The notes beneath the pieces were generated by a model, which had not been told where the DNA came from, ran no database searches, and saw only the letters and a list, made by a program, of their open reading frames with translations. Source: a virus (Duplodnaviria; Heunggongvirae; Uroviricota; Caudoviricetes). Taken from it: a DNA stretch of 64,000 nt. The position numbers and the translations under genes were made by a program. The stretch is taken from the IMG/VR virus record IMGVR_UViG_3300021431_000082, positions 72,047 to 136,046 of that record, one strand, 5' to 3'. Shown one piece after another: positions 44,927 to 56,000 of this stretch (position 1 is the stretch's first letter; each line of letters opens with the position of its first letter).

Positions 44927-46110
44927 AATTTTATGACACCTGTGCGCTGCTCCACCTGCAAGATAAAGTCTTCAGTGAGCCGTTTGCCATTTCTTCTGTG
45001 ACAATTCAAGAACTTGACAACATCAAAGAGAATCGTGCCAAAGATCCTCATGTGAAGTATACCGCCAAGAACGTATCCAGGTTGCTCAGATCGCATCTCT
45101 GTGAATATGAGGTAGTTCGTTACATCAAGCCGATGATGCCGTATGGTATTGACGAGACACCAGATAACATGATAATCGCTTGTGCTAAATCTTTGGGTGA
45201 TGTCACATTTGTTACTGAGGATGTTAATTGCTATCTTACCGCCGTTAATGTGTTCGAATTGAATGCAGAGTTTGTGGTTGATGACAAAGAAGATTATAGT
45301 GGCTTTGTCGAACTAAATCTTACAGATGAAGAACTCGCCGATTTTTATTCCAACCCACATCTTAACAAATGGGATGTACCGAAAAATGGGTATGTTGTTG
45401 TCAATGGTGGAATTGATGTACGGAAGTGGAATGGATTTGATTTTGTCGCGCTGAAGGAAAAGATCCCGAAGACAATGCAGTTCGGCACAATAAAGGCTAA
45501 AGATGTGTATCAGCGAATGGCAATTGATAGCATCTATACAAATCAGTTGACAATGATCAAGGGCCATGCTGGTACTGGCAAAACACTGCTTGCGCTTGCT
45601 GCTCTGTTTGCCATGTTGGAGAAGCATGATATTGATAAGATCATCGTCTTCTGTAATCCTGTGGCAACGGCATATAGTGCAAAGTTGGGTTTCTACCCAG
45701 GCACTAAGGATGATAAGCTTCTTGACAGCACGATTGGTAATATCCTTTCCTCTAAGCTTGGGGATCAACAGGGTGTTATCAGATACATTGAGGATGGCAA
45801 ACTACAGTTACTGCCCTTCTCTGATATTCGTGGCTTTGATACATCTGGCATGAAAGCCGGTATCCTGATCGAGGAAGCTGAGAATCTTGATATAAGCTTA
45901 ATGAAGTTGGCGCTTCAAAGAATCGGCTCAGATTCACGTTGTATCATTGATGGCGATTACGAAGCACAGGTTGACTCGGAACAATACGCCGGCGCTAATA
46001 ATGGAATGCGTCGTGCTTCAAAAGTTTTCAGAGGCAAGTCCTGCTATGGCGAAGTTGAACTTCAGATCATCTATCGCTCTGAGATCGCAGAGATTGCTGA
46101 GGAAATGTAA
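44923..46110 (+). CDS. phoH: PIN-PhoH family ATPase
   Basis: N-terminal YDTCALL PIN domain; GHAGTGKT Walker A; IRG; EEAENL. Confidence 0.9.
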   Translation: MKFYDTCALLHLQDKVFSEPFAISSVTIQELDNIKENRAKDPHVKYTAKNVSRLLRSHLCEYEVVRYIKPMMPYGIDETPDNMIIACAKSLGDVTFVTEDVNCYLTAVNVFELNAEFVVDDKEDYSGFVELNLTDEELADFYSNPHLNKWDVPKNGYVVVNGGIDVRKWNGFDFVALKEKIPKTMQFGTIKAKDVYQRMAIDSIYTNQLTMIKGHAGTGKTLLALAALFAMLEKHDIDKIIVFCNPVATAYSAKLGFYPGTKDDKLLDSTIGNILSSKLGDQQGVIRYIEDGKLQLLPFSDIRGFDTSGMKAGILIEEAENLDISLMKLALQRIGSDSRCIIDGDYEAQVDSEQYAGANNGMRRASKVFRGKSCYGEVELQIIYRSEIAEIAEEM

Positions 46111-46129
46111 ATAGGAGTAAAAAGGAATA

Positions 46130-46783
46130 ATGCAAATTAAGAATGATATTGGACTAATCCCGGTAACTGAAGTTGGTGCTCTTCCACCTGAAGCCAATAT
46201 GCAAATCCCAGACCCTGATCTGCTGAACTATTACAGGCTCGCTAAAGAGCGGGTCTATTTTATTGACTTCGAGATTGATGGAACACTTATGTCTCTTATC
46301 AAGGAGATTATCAGAATTAACATGGAAGACATGGGTAAGCCGGTCGAGGAGCGAATTCCGATTGTATTCCCGATTCTATCTTATGGTGGGGATCTGGATG
46401 TGACCTACACCTTCATCGACACATGTGCCATGAGCAAGACGCCAATCATCACAGTTAACATGGGCGTGGCCATGAGTGCTGGTGTACTACTGCTTCTTGC
46501 TGGGCATAAGCGTTATGCGTTAAAGCATTCTGATGCTATGATTCATTCTGGTTCTGGTGGAATGGAAGGAACATTTGAGCAGATGGAAGCCAGCCAGAAT
46601 TTTTATAAAAGCCAGATTGCAAAGATGCGTGAGTATATTCTTGACAGGACAAAGATTGATCCGAAGGTATTCAATCGTAAGAAGACTAAGGATTGGTATA
46701 TAAGCGCTAACGAACAACTTGAGCTTGGAATCGTAGATTGCATCGTCGATGACTTAGACGAGGTGTTTGCAGTTGGAGTTTAA
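46130..46783 (+). CDS. clpP: ClpP-like serine protease
   Basis: ILSYGGD, GVAMSAG (Ser), AMIH (His), WYISANEQLELGIVD. Confidence 0.85.
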   Translation: MQIKNDIGLIPVTEVGALPPEANMQIPDPDLLNYYRLAKERVYFIDFEIDGTLMSLIKEIIRINMEDMGKPVEERIPIVFPILSYGGDLDVTYTFIDTCAMSKTPIITVNMGVAMSAGVLLLLAGHKRYALKHSDAMIHSGSGGMEGTFEQMEASQNFYKSQIAKMREYILDRTKIDPKVFNRKKTKDWYISANEQLELGIVDCIVDDLDEVFAVGV

Positions 46784-47237
46784 ACTTATATCTTTTGACT
46801 GTAATTCATATGATACTGGATTTGCAGTATTTAAGCATGGCAAGCTTATTAAGTAGGGTGTGCTTAGTGAAAGACCAAAAAGTAAAAAGCCAAAAGCTCG
46901 ACTAGACGGTATGATATCGCAGATATATCAGAAAATTATTGATGAACATGCGAATATTGTTGTTGTTGAAGATGAGGTTGTTGGAGAAAACATACACGCA
47001 ACTGTTGTTTTATCAAAAATAATTGGTGCAATTATAGGGAAGTGCATAGAGTTGAATATTCCATATTTGTGCTATGCACCGTCTCAATGGAGATCAAAAC
47101 ATGGTATTCAGGATAGCAAGGCTAAACGCCAAGAGCTAAAGCGAATGGCCATCGATAAAGTTAAAGAAATTTATAATTCTGACGTGTCAGACGATGAGGC
47201 TGAAGCAATCCTTATTGGAGCCGCCTGGTATTTATGA
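46773..47237 (+). CDS. RuvC-like Holliday junction resolvase (154 aa; TAG at 46854)
   Basis: ISFDCNSYDTGFAV, VVVED, DDEAEAILIG; the first catalytic Asp lies upstream of the TAG. Confidence 0.82.
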
Positions 47238-47258
47238 TATCATAATAGGTAGAAAGGG

Positions 47259-47633
47259 GTGCATATGCTTACACAAGTTTATTCGTCTCCACCTACCGAG
47301 ATCATTTCGGACGTATATAGTCCGACGTTTAAACGAATGCTTAGATGCCGTTGGGATACCGGATCACCAAAAACGTATTTCAAGTTGACGCCGTTCTTTA
47401 CTAAGGCATCCAATGGTCTGTCTGCGCTTGATACCAAGCACGGGATTATACAGGCAAACAGATATGATATTGTACTACAACCAGATCCAACTGGGAAACC
47501 GGTTGAGGTCGAGGCTCTCGGAATAACAAAGCTAAAAGATGTTGATTGTGTTATCGGTATGGACGTGATAGGCCGAGGTGATTTCACAATCGTTATGAAC
47601 AAAGGCTCTATATACTTTAGATTTATATTTTAA
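47259..47633 (+). CDS. Retropepsin-like aspartyl protease
   Basis: WDTGS and VIGMDVI motifs. Confidence 0.7.
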   Translation: MHMLTQVYSSPPTEIISDVYSPTFKRMLRCRWDTGSPKTYFKLTPFFTKASNGLSALDTKHGIIQANRYDIVLQPDPTGKPVEVEALGITKLKDVDCVIGMDVIGRGDFTIVMNKGSIYFRFIF

Positions 47634-47673
47634 TTCAGGCTGCTCTCGGGTCAAACCAGGGCAGCTATTTCTT

Positions 47674-48243
47674 TTGGAGGAAATGGAAATGAAACTAAAT
47701 GCTTTTCTTAAAGAATACGATGCACTAAAAGAGAACGAACAGGACGCATTTCTTCGGTCACATATCAAGAGAACATATGTGCCGTTTATGGAAAAGAATA
47801 ATATGGCAGAGCGAGCTGCAAAGGCAAGCTGTGTCTTTGACGATAGATATGATCCACACTCTTCTATTTTCAGAATGTTTAAGATGCTCGATATGATCGA
47901 GGCATATACTGACATTCAGTTTGATAGGATTAAAGATGGAAAGACTCTTGTTGACAAGATTTATGATGAGTTTCAGATGAGAGGATTGTTTGATAAGCTT
48001 GAATCTGAACTCTCGATCCGAGAAAAATACGAACTTGATATTGTGTATATGGACACACGCGTAGATCTTGGGGAAAGGATGACATCAAACTATGCGATGA
48101 TGGAGAAGTTTGTAGAAAGAGTTGAGGATATTATTGGTGTGATTGGTAATTCAGTGAACGACGCTTTAGAGAAGGCCGCTAATAGTGGATTGATAAATGA
48201 TATTATAGATAGTGTACAGTCTAAATATGAAATTGATTCTTAA
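47674..48243 (+). CDS. Putative tail assembly chaperone
   Basis: 189 aa; IKRTYVPFMEK motif; position upstream of TMP. Confidence 0.6.
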   Translation: MEEMEMKLNAFLKEYDALKENEQDAFLRSHIKRTYVPFMEKNNMAERAAKASCVFDDRYDPHSSIFRMFKMLDMIEAYTDIQFDRIKDGKTLVDKIYDEFQMRGLFDKLESELSIREKYELDIVYMDTRVDLGERMTSNYAMMEKFVERVEDIIGVIGNSVNDALEKAANSGLINDIIDSVQSKYEIDS

Positions 48244-48264
48244 TAATGATTTGTGCGGATTTAA

Positions 48265-48298
48265 CAAATTGACGGAGAATATCACTCCGTCAATTTGC
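48265..48298. terminator. Bidirectional terminator
   Basis: AAATTGACGGAG-AATATCA-CTCCGTCAATTT between convergent genes. Confidence 0.7.
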
Positions 48299-48302
48299 GA
48301 TT

Positions 48303-48971
48303 TCAAATATTTATCAAAGAAAATAGCATGTGTATTATACCGGTTTTGTTGATTGTCATTTTGTCTATTTTGAGAAAGTTGATTGGTATATTATAATATT
48401 GAAATTCTTTTGAATCTTTGATAATTTTTAATGCATCCATAATTATTTGTTTTTGATAGTGTATCGCCACTTTCTTTTGATTGCTATATGATAATAATAC
48501 ACTTATAAATGCATCAATTTCAATATAGTCAAAACCGACTTTTTTATCGACTCCTGTGCTCTGTCTAATTTCAGGTTCTCCAAAATATTTTACCAAGGCT
48601 TTATATTCGGAATTGCCGCAATATGAACAAAGTTTCGCCGCTTGTGTTCCAGTCATTCCGTCTTCAATCGTGTCCATTAACATCCATAACATTAGCGGAC
48701 TAACATTTTTATTAATGCGCCTTTTTAACCCAATGGCAATTTCATTAATCGGTGGAGGTACTTTTATATCCCAATTGTATTTAGATATGAATTGAGGAAG
48801 TAAATCCTTGCTTTCTTTATGAAATGTAATTCTGTTGCTGCCCAAGTCGTATCTAAAAGTTTTTCCACCACATTTAATATCAGCATATATAAATTGGTCT
48901 TTTACAGCCTTGATAAAAATATATTTTCTAATCATTGAATTATATAGTATTGGAGGTAATTTTGAGTACAT
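48303..48971 (-). CDS. AT-rich antisense accessory protein of unknown function
   Basis: 222-aa ORF opposite to the late operon. Confidence 0.65.
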   Translation of the reverse strand: MYSKLPPILYNSMIRKYIFIKAVKDQFIYADIKCGGKTFRYDLGSNRITFHKESKDLLPQFISKYNWDIKVPPPINEIAIGLKRRINKNVSPLMLWMLMDTIEDGMTGTQAAKLCSYCGNSEYKALVKYFGEPEIRQSTGVDKKVGFDYIEIDAFISVLLSYSNQKKVAIHYQKQIIMDALKIIKDSKEFQYYNIPINFLKIDKMTINKTGIIHMLFSLINI

Positions 48972-49343
48972 CAGAGTTTATAAATAAGTATAGCATATAT
49001 AAAACAGATTCTAATCGAGAATAGTTTCTTTAGTCAACGATTAAAAGAAGTTACGTCCCACTTCTGGAAAAAGTAGATATATGTCAAAGCATTAAAAAGA
49101 ATACAGAATGTATTACAAGCGTTCCAAAAAGCATTGCTTCATATGTTATGTTTTTGTTATTCATTATAGATAGCTATACATCTATTAATATTAATTTTCA
49201 ACAAGAGCGCTTATTTTCTGAATATGATTTATTAAGGGCGAATGGTGTTATATCACTATTGCTTGGTTTTATAAGTGAGGAAGAAATATCCGAATTTAAT
49301 TTAATTATGGATGCTATTAATGATAAGGAATGCGGAGTTATTT

Positions 49344-50039
49344 ATGGGGAAAAAGACACACCTATCACTTAATGTTCCGGTTAATATGCAGTAGCTTAAT
49401 TGGGGAAAGGATGTTCTTAAATCATATTTACATAATGCGAAAATAATATACAAACGGGAACATAAAAGTTTATTAAAAGAGATTGAGGCGCATGGGCGAA
49501 AGATCTATGATCTAGTGATAGCAGAATATTATGCTTCGTACACTCCTAAATATTATGACAGACACTATACTACTCCAGGTCATCATCCAGGCTTTAATCT
49601 TTATAGAGCTAATAATTTTATTATTGATGAAGAAAATATAGTCTCATATGATTTTAACTCATAGTATATGAATTTATTACCATATTATTCATTTTGGCAA
49701 AAGAAAAATTATAATGATGGAAATGGTTTTGTCAAAAGGGGATATGGACGATTCAAAGTATTTTTAATGGTGTTAGCTGGAAAAAGAAAGTTCCCACAGT
49801 GGGCAAAAGACGAAGATGGAAATTTCAAAAAGGATGATGATGGTAAGCGTTATGTGGTTGTTACTGAGAAGTAGTATAGTTTTAAAGTACCATATGGGCC
49901 ATTACACAAAACATTCTCTGGCAAGCCATATCAAATACTAAATGAAGCGGCTGAGCGCCTTGTTTTATATTATAATCGAGAACTTATAAAAAGAATAAGA
50001 GAAGGCATTGAAGGATTAGAAGTAAGGTGGGTTAAATAA
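49344..50039 (+). CDS. Pre-tape-measure hypothetical protein (231 aa; TAG at 49392, 49662, 49872)
   Basis: Open through three TAGs; YYASYTPKYYDR motif; TAA lies 2 nt before the TMP start. Confidence 0.7.
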
Positions 50040-50041
50040 AT

Positions 50042-53000
50042 ATGGCGGATCTTAAATTTTCATCTAAAAGCAAGATGTTAGATATGGATGCCATTACAAA
50101 GAGCATTGAAAACACAGTATTATCGTAGTTTCAAAAGCTTACGTCCAATCTACAAAAAGAATTAAAACTAGAGTTAGAGGTACCTATTGAGTTCACAGAA
50201 CAGAAGAAAAGTCTAAACAAGTAGATTAGTAATCTACAAAGGTAGATTGATAACTCTCTGTAGGATGTTCGATAGGAACTTCAAAAAAGCATTGAAGATC
50301 GGTGGAAATTCAATCGTACCGGAAAATATGGCACGAACAAAAAGAATCAACCAATAAATCTTAGTGATTATACTAAGATGGTTGATATCAGAGACTATAA
50401 AAACAAGCGCCTCGAAATGATTAAGCAATTAGCTGATATTACAGATGATGGGATCAAATTAAAAGATCCAAAAAATCTACATCAGCTAGTTCAAAATATA
50501 AAAGCTTACGAAGAAGCTTTGCGCAGATTACATGAACTTTCTGCACAGAGAAATATGAAGTATAAGCCTGATGAGGGCGAGCTTAATTTTGAACAATTAT
50601 TTCCAGGGTATAAGCTCTCGGGTGATATGCAAGCAAATGCAGACGCAATGGCAAAATCCTTTGCAACTGCATATAAGACGTCGTTGCAATCAGAATTAGA
50701 AAGCAAAAAAAATGAATTATCCAATATATTGCTTGATATTAATAGAGCTGTTGCAAGAAGCGCAAGCAAACAAGAAGGCGTTGGGTATGAATATGATCAG
50801 AAGGCGTATGAAAAAGCGGTAAAAGCTAGGGAGGACGCCCAGCTTCGCATTGATCATAGCGAAGCTCAGATTGAAAACTCTATCAGAGATGAGATTAATG
50901 CGTATATAGAACTTGAACGAAGGCTGAATAGTCCTGACCTAGATTAGAACAGTGCGCTTTATGAAGATCTGGCTGATCGCGAAGATAATAGTTTGGCGCG
51001 ATTAAAAAGAGCGATTGAACTAATTGATAAATATAAGATTGAAATTCCAGAATTAACAAAGGTCTACAATGAAAATTGGAATCTGAGTGGAGAGACACTT
51101 GGCGATCTTATTCGTGAAAACGTAGACGGTTTCGATTAGAACACTTCGTTCTTAAGTGGTTTTGAAAAAGATGCCGAAAGGGCAAAATCAGACTGGATAA
51201 AAGCAAATAGAGATGTTGATACAGCAAAGTAGTATCTTGATTCTTGGAAGGACTTATTACTTCAGTTAAAAGATACTGATCAGATGCAAGAAGCCGTTGA
51301 TAATATTTAGAAAGAAAAGATTGATTCTGAATTACGATCTTTAAGAGAAGAAAATGAACGGCTCTCTTAGCGTATCCAGGTTTTAGAGGATGAACTGAAT
51401 ACATTTCAAAACGAAAATGTATATAACGATACTGGTTATCATGATGCTCAGGTAAATACTGTAGCAAAATCTGAAGATACGCATTCTCTTGATGCTGAAA
51501 TAGATGATGTCAATTTATTAAACAATGCGATAAAAGATGTCATCAGCTCAATTCATAGCAAAACTGAGGCGTTCGGATCAGAACGTGATAGTGTTGTAAA
51601 CTGGCTTGATGATGAAATAGAAAAAATAGATGAGCTATCTCGAAAGGCTGATAGAGTCACACCAGATCTTTCTTTAAATAATGGTGGCGAGCTTGTAAAT
51701 AACAGCACTGCGAATGGTAATTCATTTTCTGCTTTGCAAGACTCGGTCTCTTCTGTTACTTAGAGTGTCATACGATTTGGAGAAGCTGTTGATACGGCGT
51801 CGCAAAAGCTCGGTAATATTAAAACCAAAAATGCGTCCAGTCCAAAAGAAAGTTCATAGTCCGATTTTGAAAAACGTGTGGCATCTGCGGCCAAAGCCCT
51901 TAACAATTAGACAAACCAGTTTATTTAGGGCGTTGATGTTATTGTTAAAACAGAAGAAGAATATCAGCGGTTGAGCCGCAAAAGTAATCGCTCAAGTAAG
52001 GAAAACACCAAGCTTAATACTTTATTAAATGAACGAGCCGCCGCTCGTGATCGAATGGATAGGAACCATGTTGACCACGAAACATTTATGGCACAGCGCG
52101 AAAGGATGGAATCAGCGTCAAGGCGTGCCGCATAGGCGATTCAAGAAGAAGTCAGAGCAGAACGCGAACTTGCCAAAGCTGAAGCGGAGCAAGCAGAACA
52201 GGCAAGAATTGCAGCTCAAGCTAAAGAAGAAAAAGCGAAACGTGACGCCGCCGCAAAAGTTGAACAAGAAAGACAGGCAGAGCTTGCGGAAACTTATAAA
52301 AAGTTTGACTACCTTGAAAAGAATATGAACCGATATGTTCAGGGTACTCTGCTTGGCGATTCTGGCGATGACTGGGATGACTTTTCAAAGAATTTTGAGG
52401 AGACGTTGGCGTTTGCCAAGAATCTAAAAGCTGATACAGTAGGCATTATTGAAGCTAAAAGGAAATTAAATAATGCCGAGGAAGAGGCGTATCTTAATGC
52501 CGAAATTGAAAACGGAGTTCGTCTTGAGCAGCAACGTGTTAATCTAATTGCCCAGGCAAAAACCGAGAGAAAAAATGAAGCGGATGAGCTTGTGAAAATG
52601 GATCAGGATATTGGTCGAGCTTTTGCCACAAATACCTCGTCTAAATCCGCTAAAGATTCATATAGTATTTTTGCCAGTACCGGCATGATAGACGAACAAG
52701 CCACAGAAGAAAAAGAATGGCTTGCAAAAATATCTGAATATCAAGATTTACAATCAAAGATTTCGGATCTCTTATCAAAACAAGCAACGGTTGGATTGAC
52801 GCCAAATCAATCATAGAAGCTCGATGATTATCGTGATAAGCTTGCCAGCCTTGAATTAGCCTTTGATGATCTGGAAGATGGCGTTTTAGTCTCTGATAAA
52901 GTAAAAGATGCGGTAAATAACATGGCTGCGTCTGGAGAAAGGGATATAACTTCATATAATAAAATTCTTAGTGAGTTTAATAAGAATTTTGCTTTTGTCC

Positions 53001-56000
53001 AGAAGCTTTCAAATGGGAGTGAAGACAGCATTAAGGAAGCCCTCCGGCAATATATAGAAGATAATGGTGGACGGGATTTAAAGAACTTCACTGGTGTTGG
53101 CACAAAGAATGGAGTATCAAATTTTACCGCAGAATTTACCGGTGCTGATGGCGCAATCAAGAAATTAAATGCCTCTTTAAACACTACAGATAATACACTG
53201 CGTGGTGTTGTTAAGTCTGGAAGGAGTACTGGATAGTTCTTTAGCGAACTTGTTGATACAATCTCTAATAAGTGGAGATCATTTATTGGTTATCTGTCTA
53301 CGCAGGTAACTGTTATGCAACTCTGGGGGATCTTAAAACAAGGTATTGCAGTAGTTAAAGAACTTGATTCTGCATTTGTAGAATTAAAACGTATTTCAAA
53401 TGATTCCGCTTCTGCCCTTGAGGACTTTAGAAAGAGATAGTTCGAACTTGCCGATACTGTTGGCACTACATCTGCAACGATTATAAATGCTGCCACGGAG
53501 TGGGAACACCTTGGCTATAGCATTAAGGAAGCTGAGGAGCTTGCAAAGACGTCAGCTATCTACAAAAATATCGCTGATGGTATGACTAGTGACTCTGAGG
53601 CAACCGAAGATCTCGTCAGTATTCTTAAGGCATACAACTTCGAGGCTAACCAAGCAATGGATGTTACCGATGCTCTTATTGCGACATCCAATAACTATGC
53701 GGTAACCGCTGCTGATATCGGTAATATTCTTAAGCGCTCTTCTGCTGCTCTTGCTATGGGTGGTAACTCATTCGAGGAAACCGTAGCTCTTGGTACGGCG
53801 ATGAACGAAGTGCTTCAGTCGGCAGAAGTCGCCGGCTCAAGTTTGAAAGTTCTTTCTCTCCGTCTCCGTTCAAGTAAGACCGAGCTTGCAGAAATGGGTG
53901 AAGAGACCGACAATCTTGTTGAGTCTACGCCAAAGCTTAGGACGCAGATCAAGGCTCTAACAAAAGGTTTTGATATCCTTGGTTCTGATGGTAAAACGAT
54001 AAAGAGCACGTATGAAATAATGAAAGGTATTGCGGCAGTCTGGAAGGATATGTCAGACGTAGATCAAGCCGCACTCCTTGAACTTATAGCCGGTAAGACT
54101 CGTGCACAAGGCGTGTCAGCACTTTTGAGTAACTGGTCCCAGGTTGACGAGGTCCTTAAAACCATTGCCGAAGACGAAGGTACCGCTCTTAGGAATAATG
54201 AGGCGAAGCTAAATACAATACAAGGTAGGCTTACAAAACTTACAAACGCAAGTCAGAAACTCGCATCTGATGCGCTAAATACCGAACTGATTAAAGATTT
54301 TATTAGTGGCGTAACTGGAGCGGTAAACGCTTTAGACACACTCATTCAAAAGATCGGTATCCTTCCAACTGCTGCTGGAGCAATCGGTCTCGGTACAACA
54401 TTTACAAAAGGCGGAGGTCAGCTCAATCAGAGCTCATATCCTAAATGGATGAAATCCTACAAGGCCCCCGGCATAGTGCGTGGTAACACGAAACAAGTTC
54501 ATGCGTTCTAAAGATTTATGCTATAAGAAACAGACCTAGCGGGTACTAGGTCTGCTCACAGGGATCATCCAAGTACAAAGTACTTAAGAAGATCATAAAT
54601 AACACAGGCGATAATACCGCACACGATATTAAACGCCGCAGACTATAGAAGCTATCTCAATAGCATTTACCTCCTTCCAAGCAACGCTTATCAGTTACAG
54701 GAGGCATTATAGCATAAATCTTCAGAGCACATGAGCGAGGCTATGCGTAGTTAACCCGACGAAACTAGCGGACTGATCATCCGCTCTATCAATAGCAAAT
54801 TGATTTAAGACTGGGACATGCAAAGCATTTACATGCGGAGCATTATCAGCAGCGAAGCCATCTTATGATGGAACGTCCAGAGACTATAATGTCGGTGTGG
54901 AGCCGCTTGAATTGCGAACTTCATAAAGGGATAGTCCAAAGAATGTGTAACACACATGATCCAGGTATCGGAACCTGCAAACAAATCCGAGTTTGTTTGT
55001 AATCAACATTCATGCGGATTTATGTTGATTATCTTTAGCAAGATATGCAAATATTTTATTGCGTATATTGTCACACAGGATAAGTCGTAGAACACGGCTA
55101 AGTTAAATTCTATGAAAAGATATAGAGAACTCAAACAAGGGCACGAGAACTAATCTCCTGCCATATTATTATCCGAGTATTTGGCCGCTTTCAAACCGAG
55201 TATTTGTCAGAACTTGCTTCCGCAGTTATTACACTTATACGTCTTCCCTACATCTCCCATTCCAAAGATACCGAATATCCCTATCTTCGCAGCTTTCCCA
55301 ACGGTGGAGAGCTTTTTTAAATCCGTAGAACCGCAGATGGGACAATGGGGAATGTGGGTGGGTTGAGGCTGTGTAAGTTTTTTAACTCGTTCTTCAGCAT
55401 CATCCCATTCTTTTTTATTTTTTGCATCTGCTATTGCTTTAAGTTGTTTAAAGTACTCTGTTTCACCATCGTGTATAATATGTTCTTCGATATATTTATC
55501 TTTTTCGTCTTTTGGAAGTTTAAACCATGCGACAGTATCGTATTCAAATATATCCCATACATGATGACACACAGGGCAATGATCTGATTTTGCGAAAGCT
55601 TTTAACGCCATACTACCGCACCTTTTACAAAAGACTAATTTTGCTTCATCCATTATAAACCTCCTTATATGTATGGTTCTTTGATATTGTATCATGTTTT
55701 TGCTTGTAGGTGGCATTCTCAACGCTTATAAGAACCGTAATCCAAAGGGTGGTACTACTAATCTGTTTTAGACAGATATGTTTTCCGATGATCAAAAATC
55801 TAGCATACAGTTCATGAAAGACAATGATCTGTTAACGAAGGAAAACATAGATCATTTGACCGAGTTTAACAGTGCTCAAAAGGAAGTTCTTGAACTGATG
55901 GGCAAAAAAGACATCGGTATGGAAGAAGCCATCAAAGAACTTGGTGAGTCTGCTCAAGAGTCTGGTGGATTACTCCAACTCTTTAAAGAAAAAGGTGTTG

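Noticed and set aside
49148-49372. 74-aa AT-rich plus-strand ORF
   Set aside because: No convincing RBS or motif, and it overlaps the better-supported 49344 gene. Left unannotated.
51714-52328. ORF-track plus-strand ORFs at 51714 and 52029
   Set aside because: They are out of frame with the TAG-containing TMP frame that spans the region.
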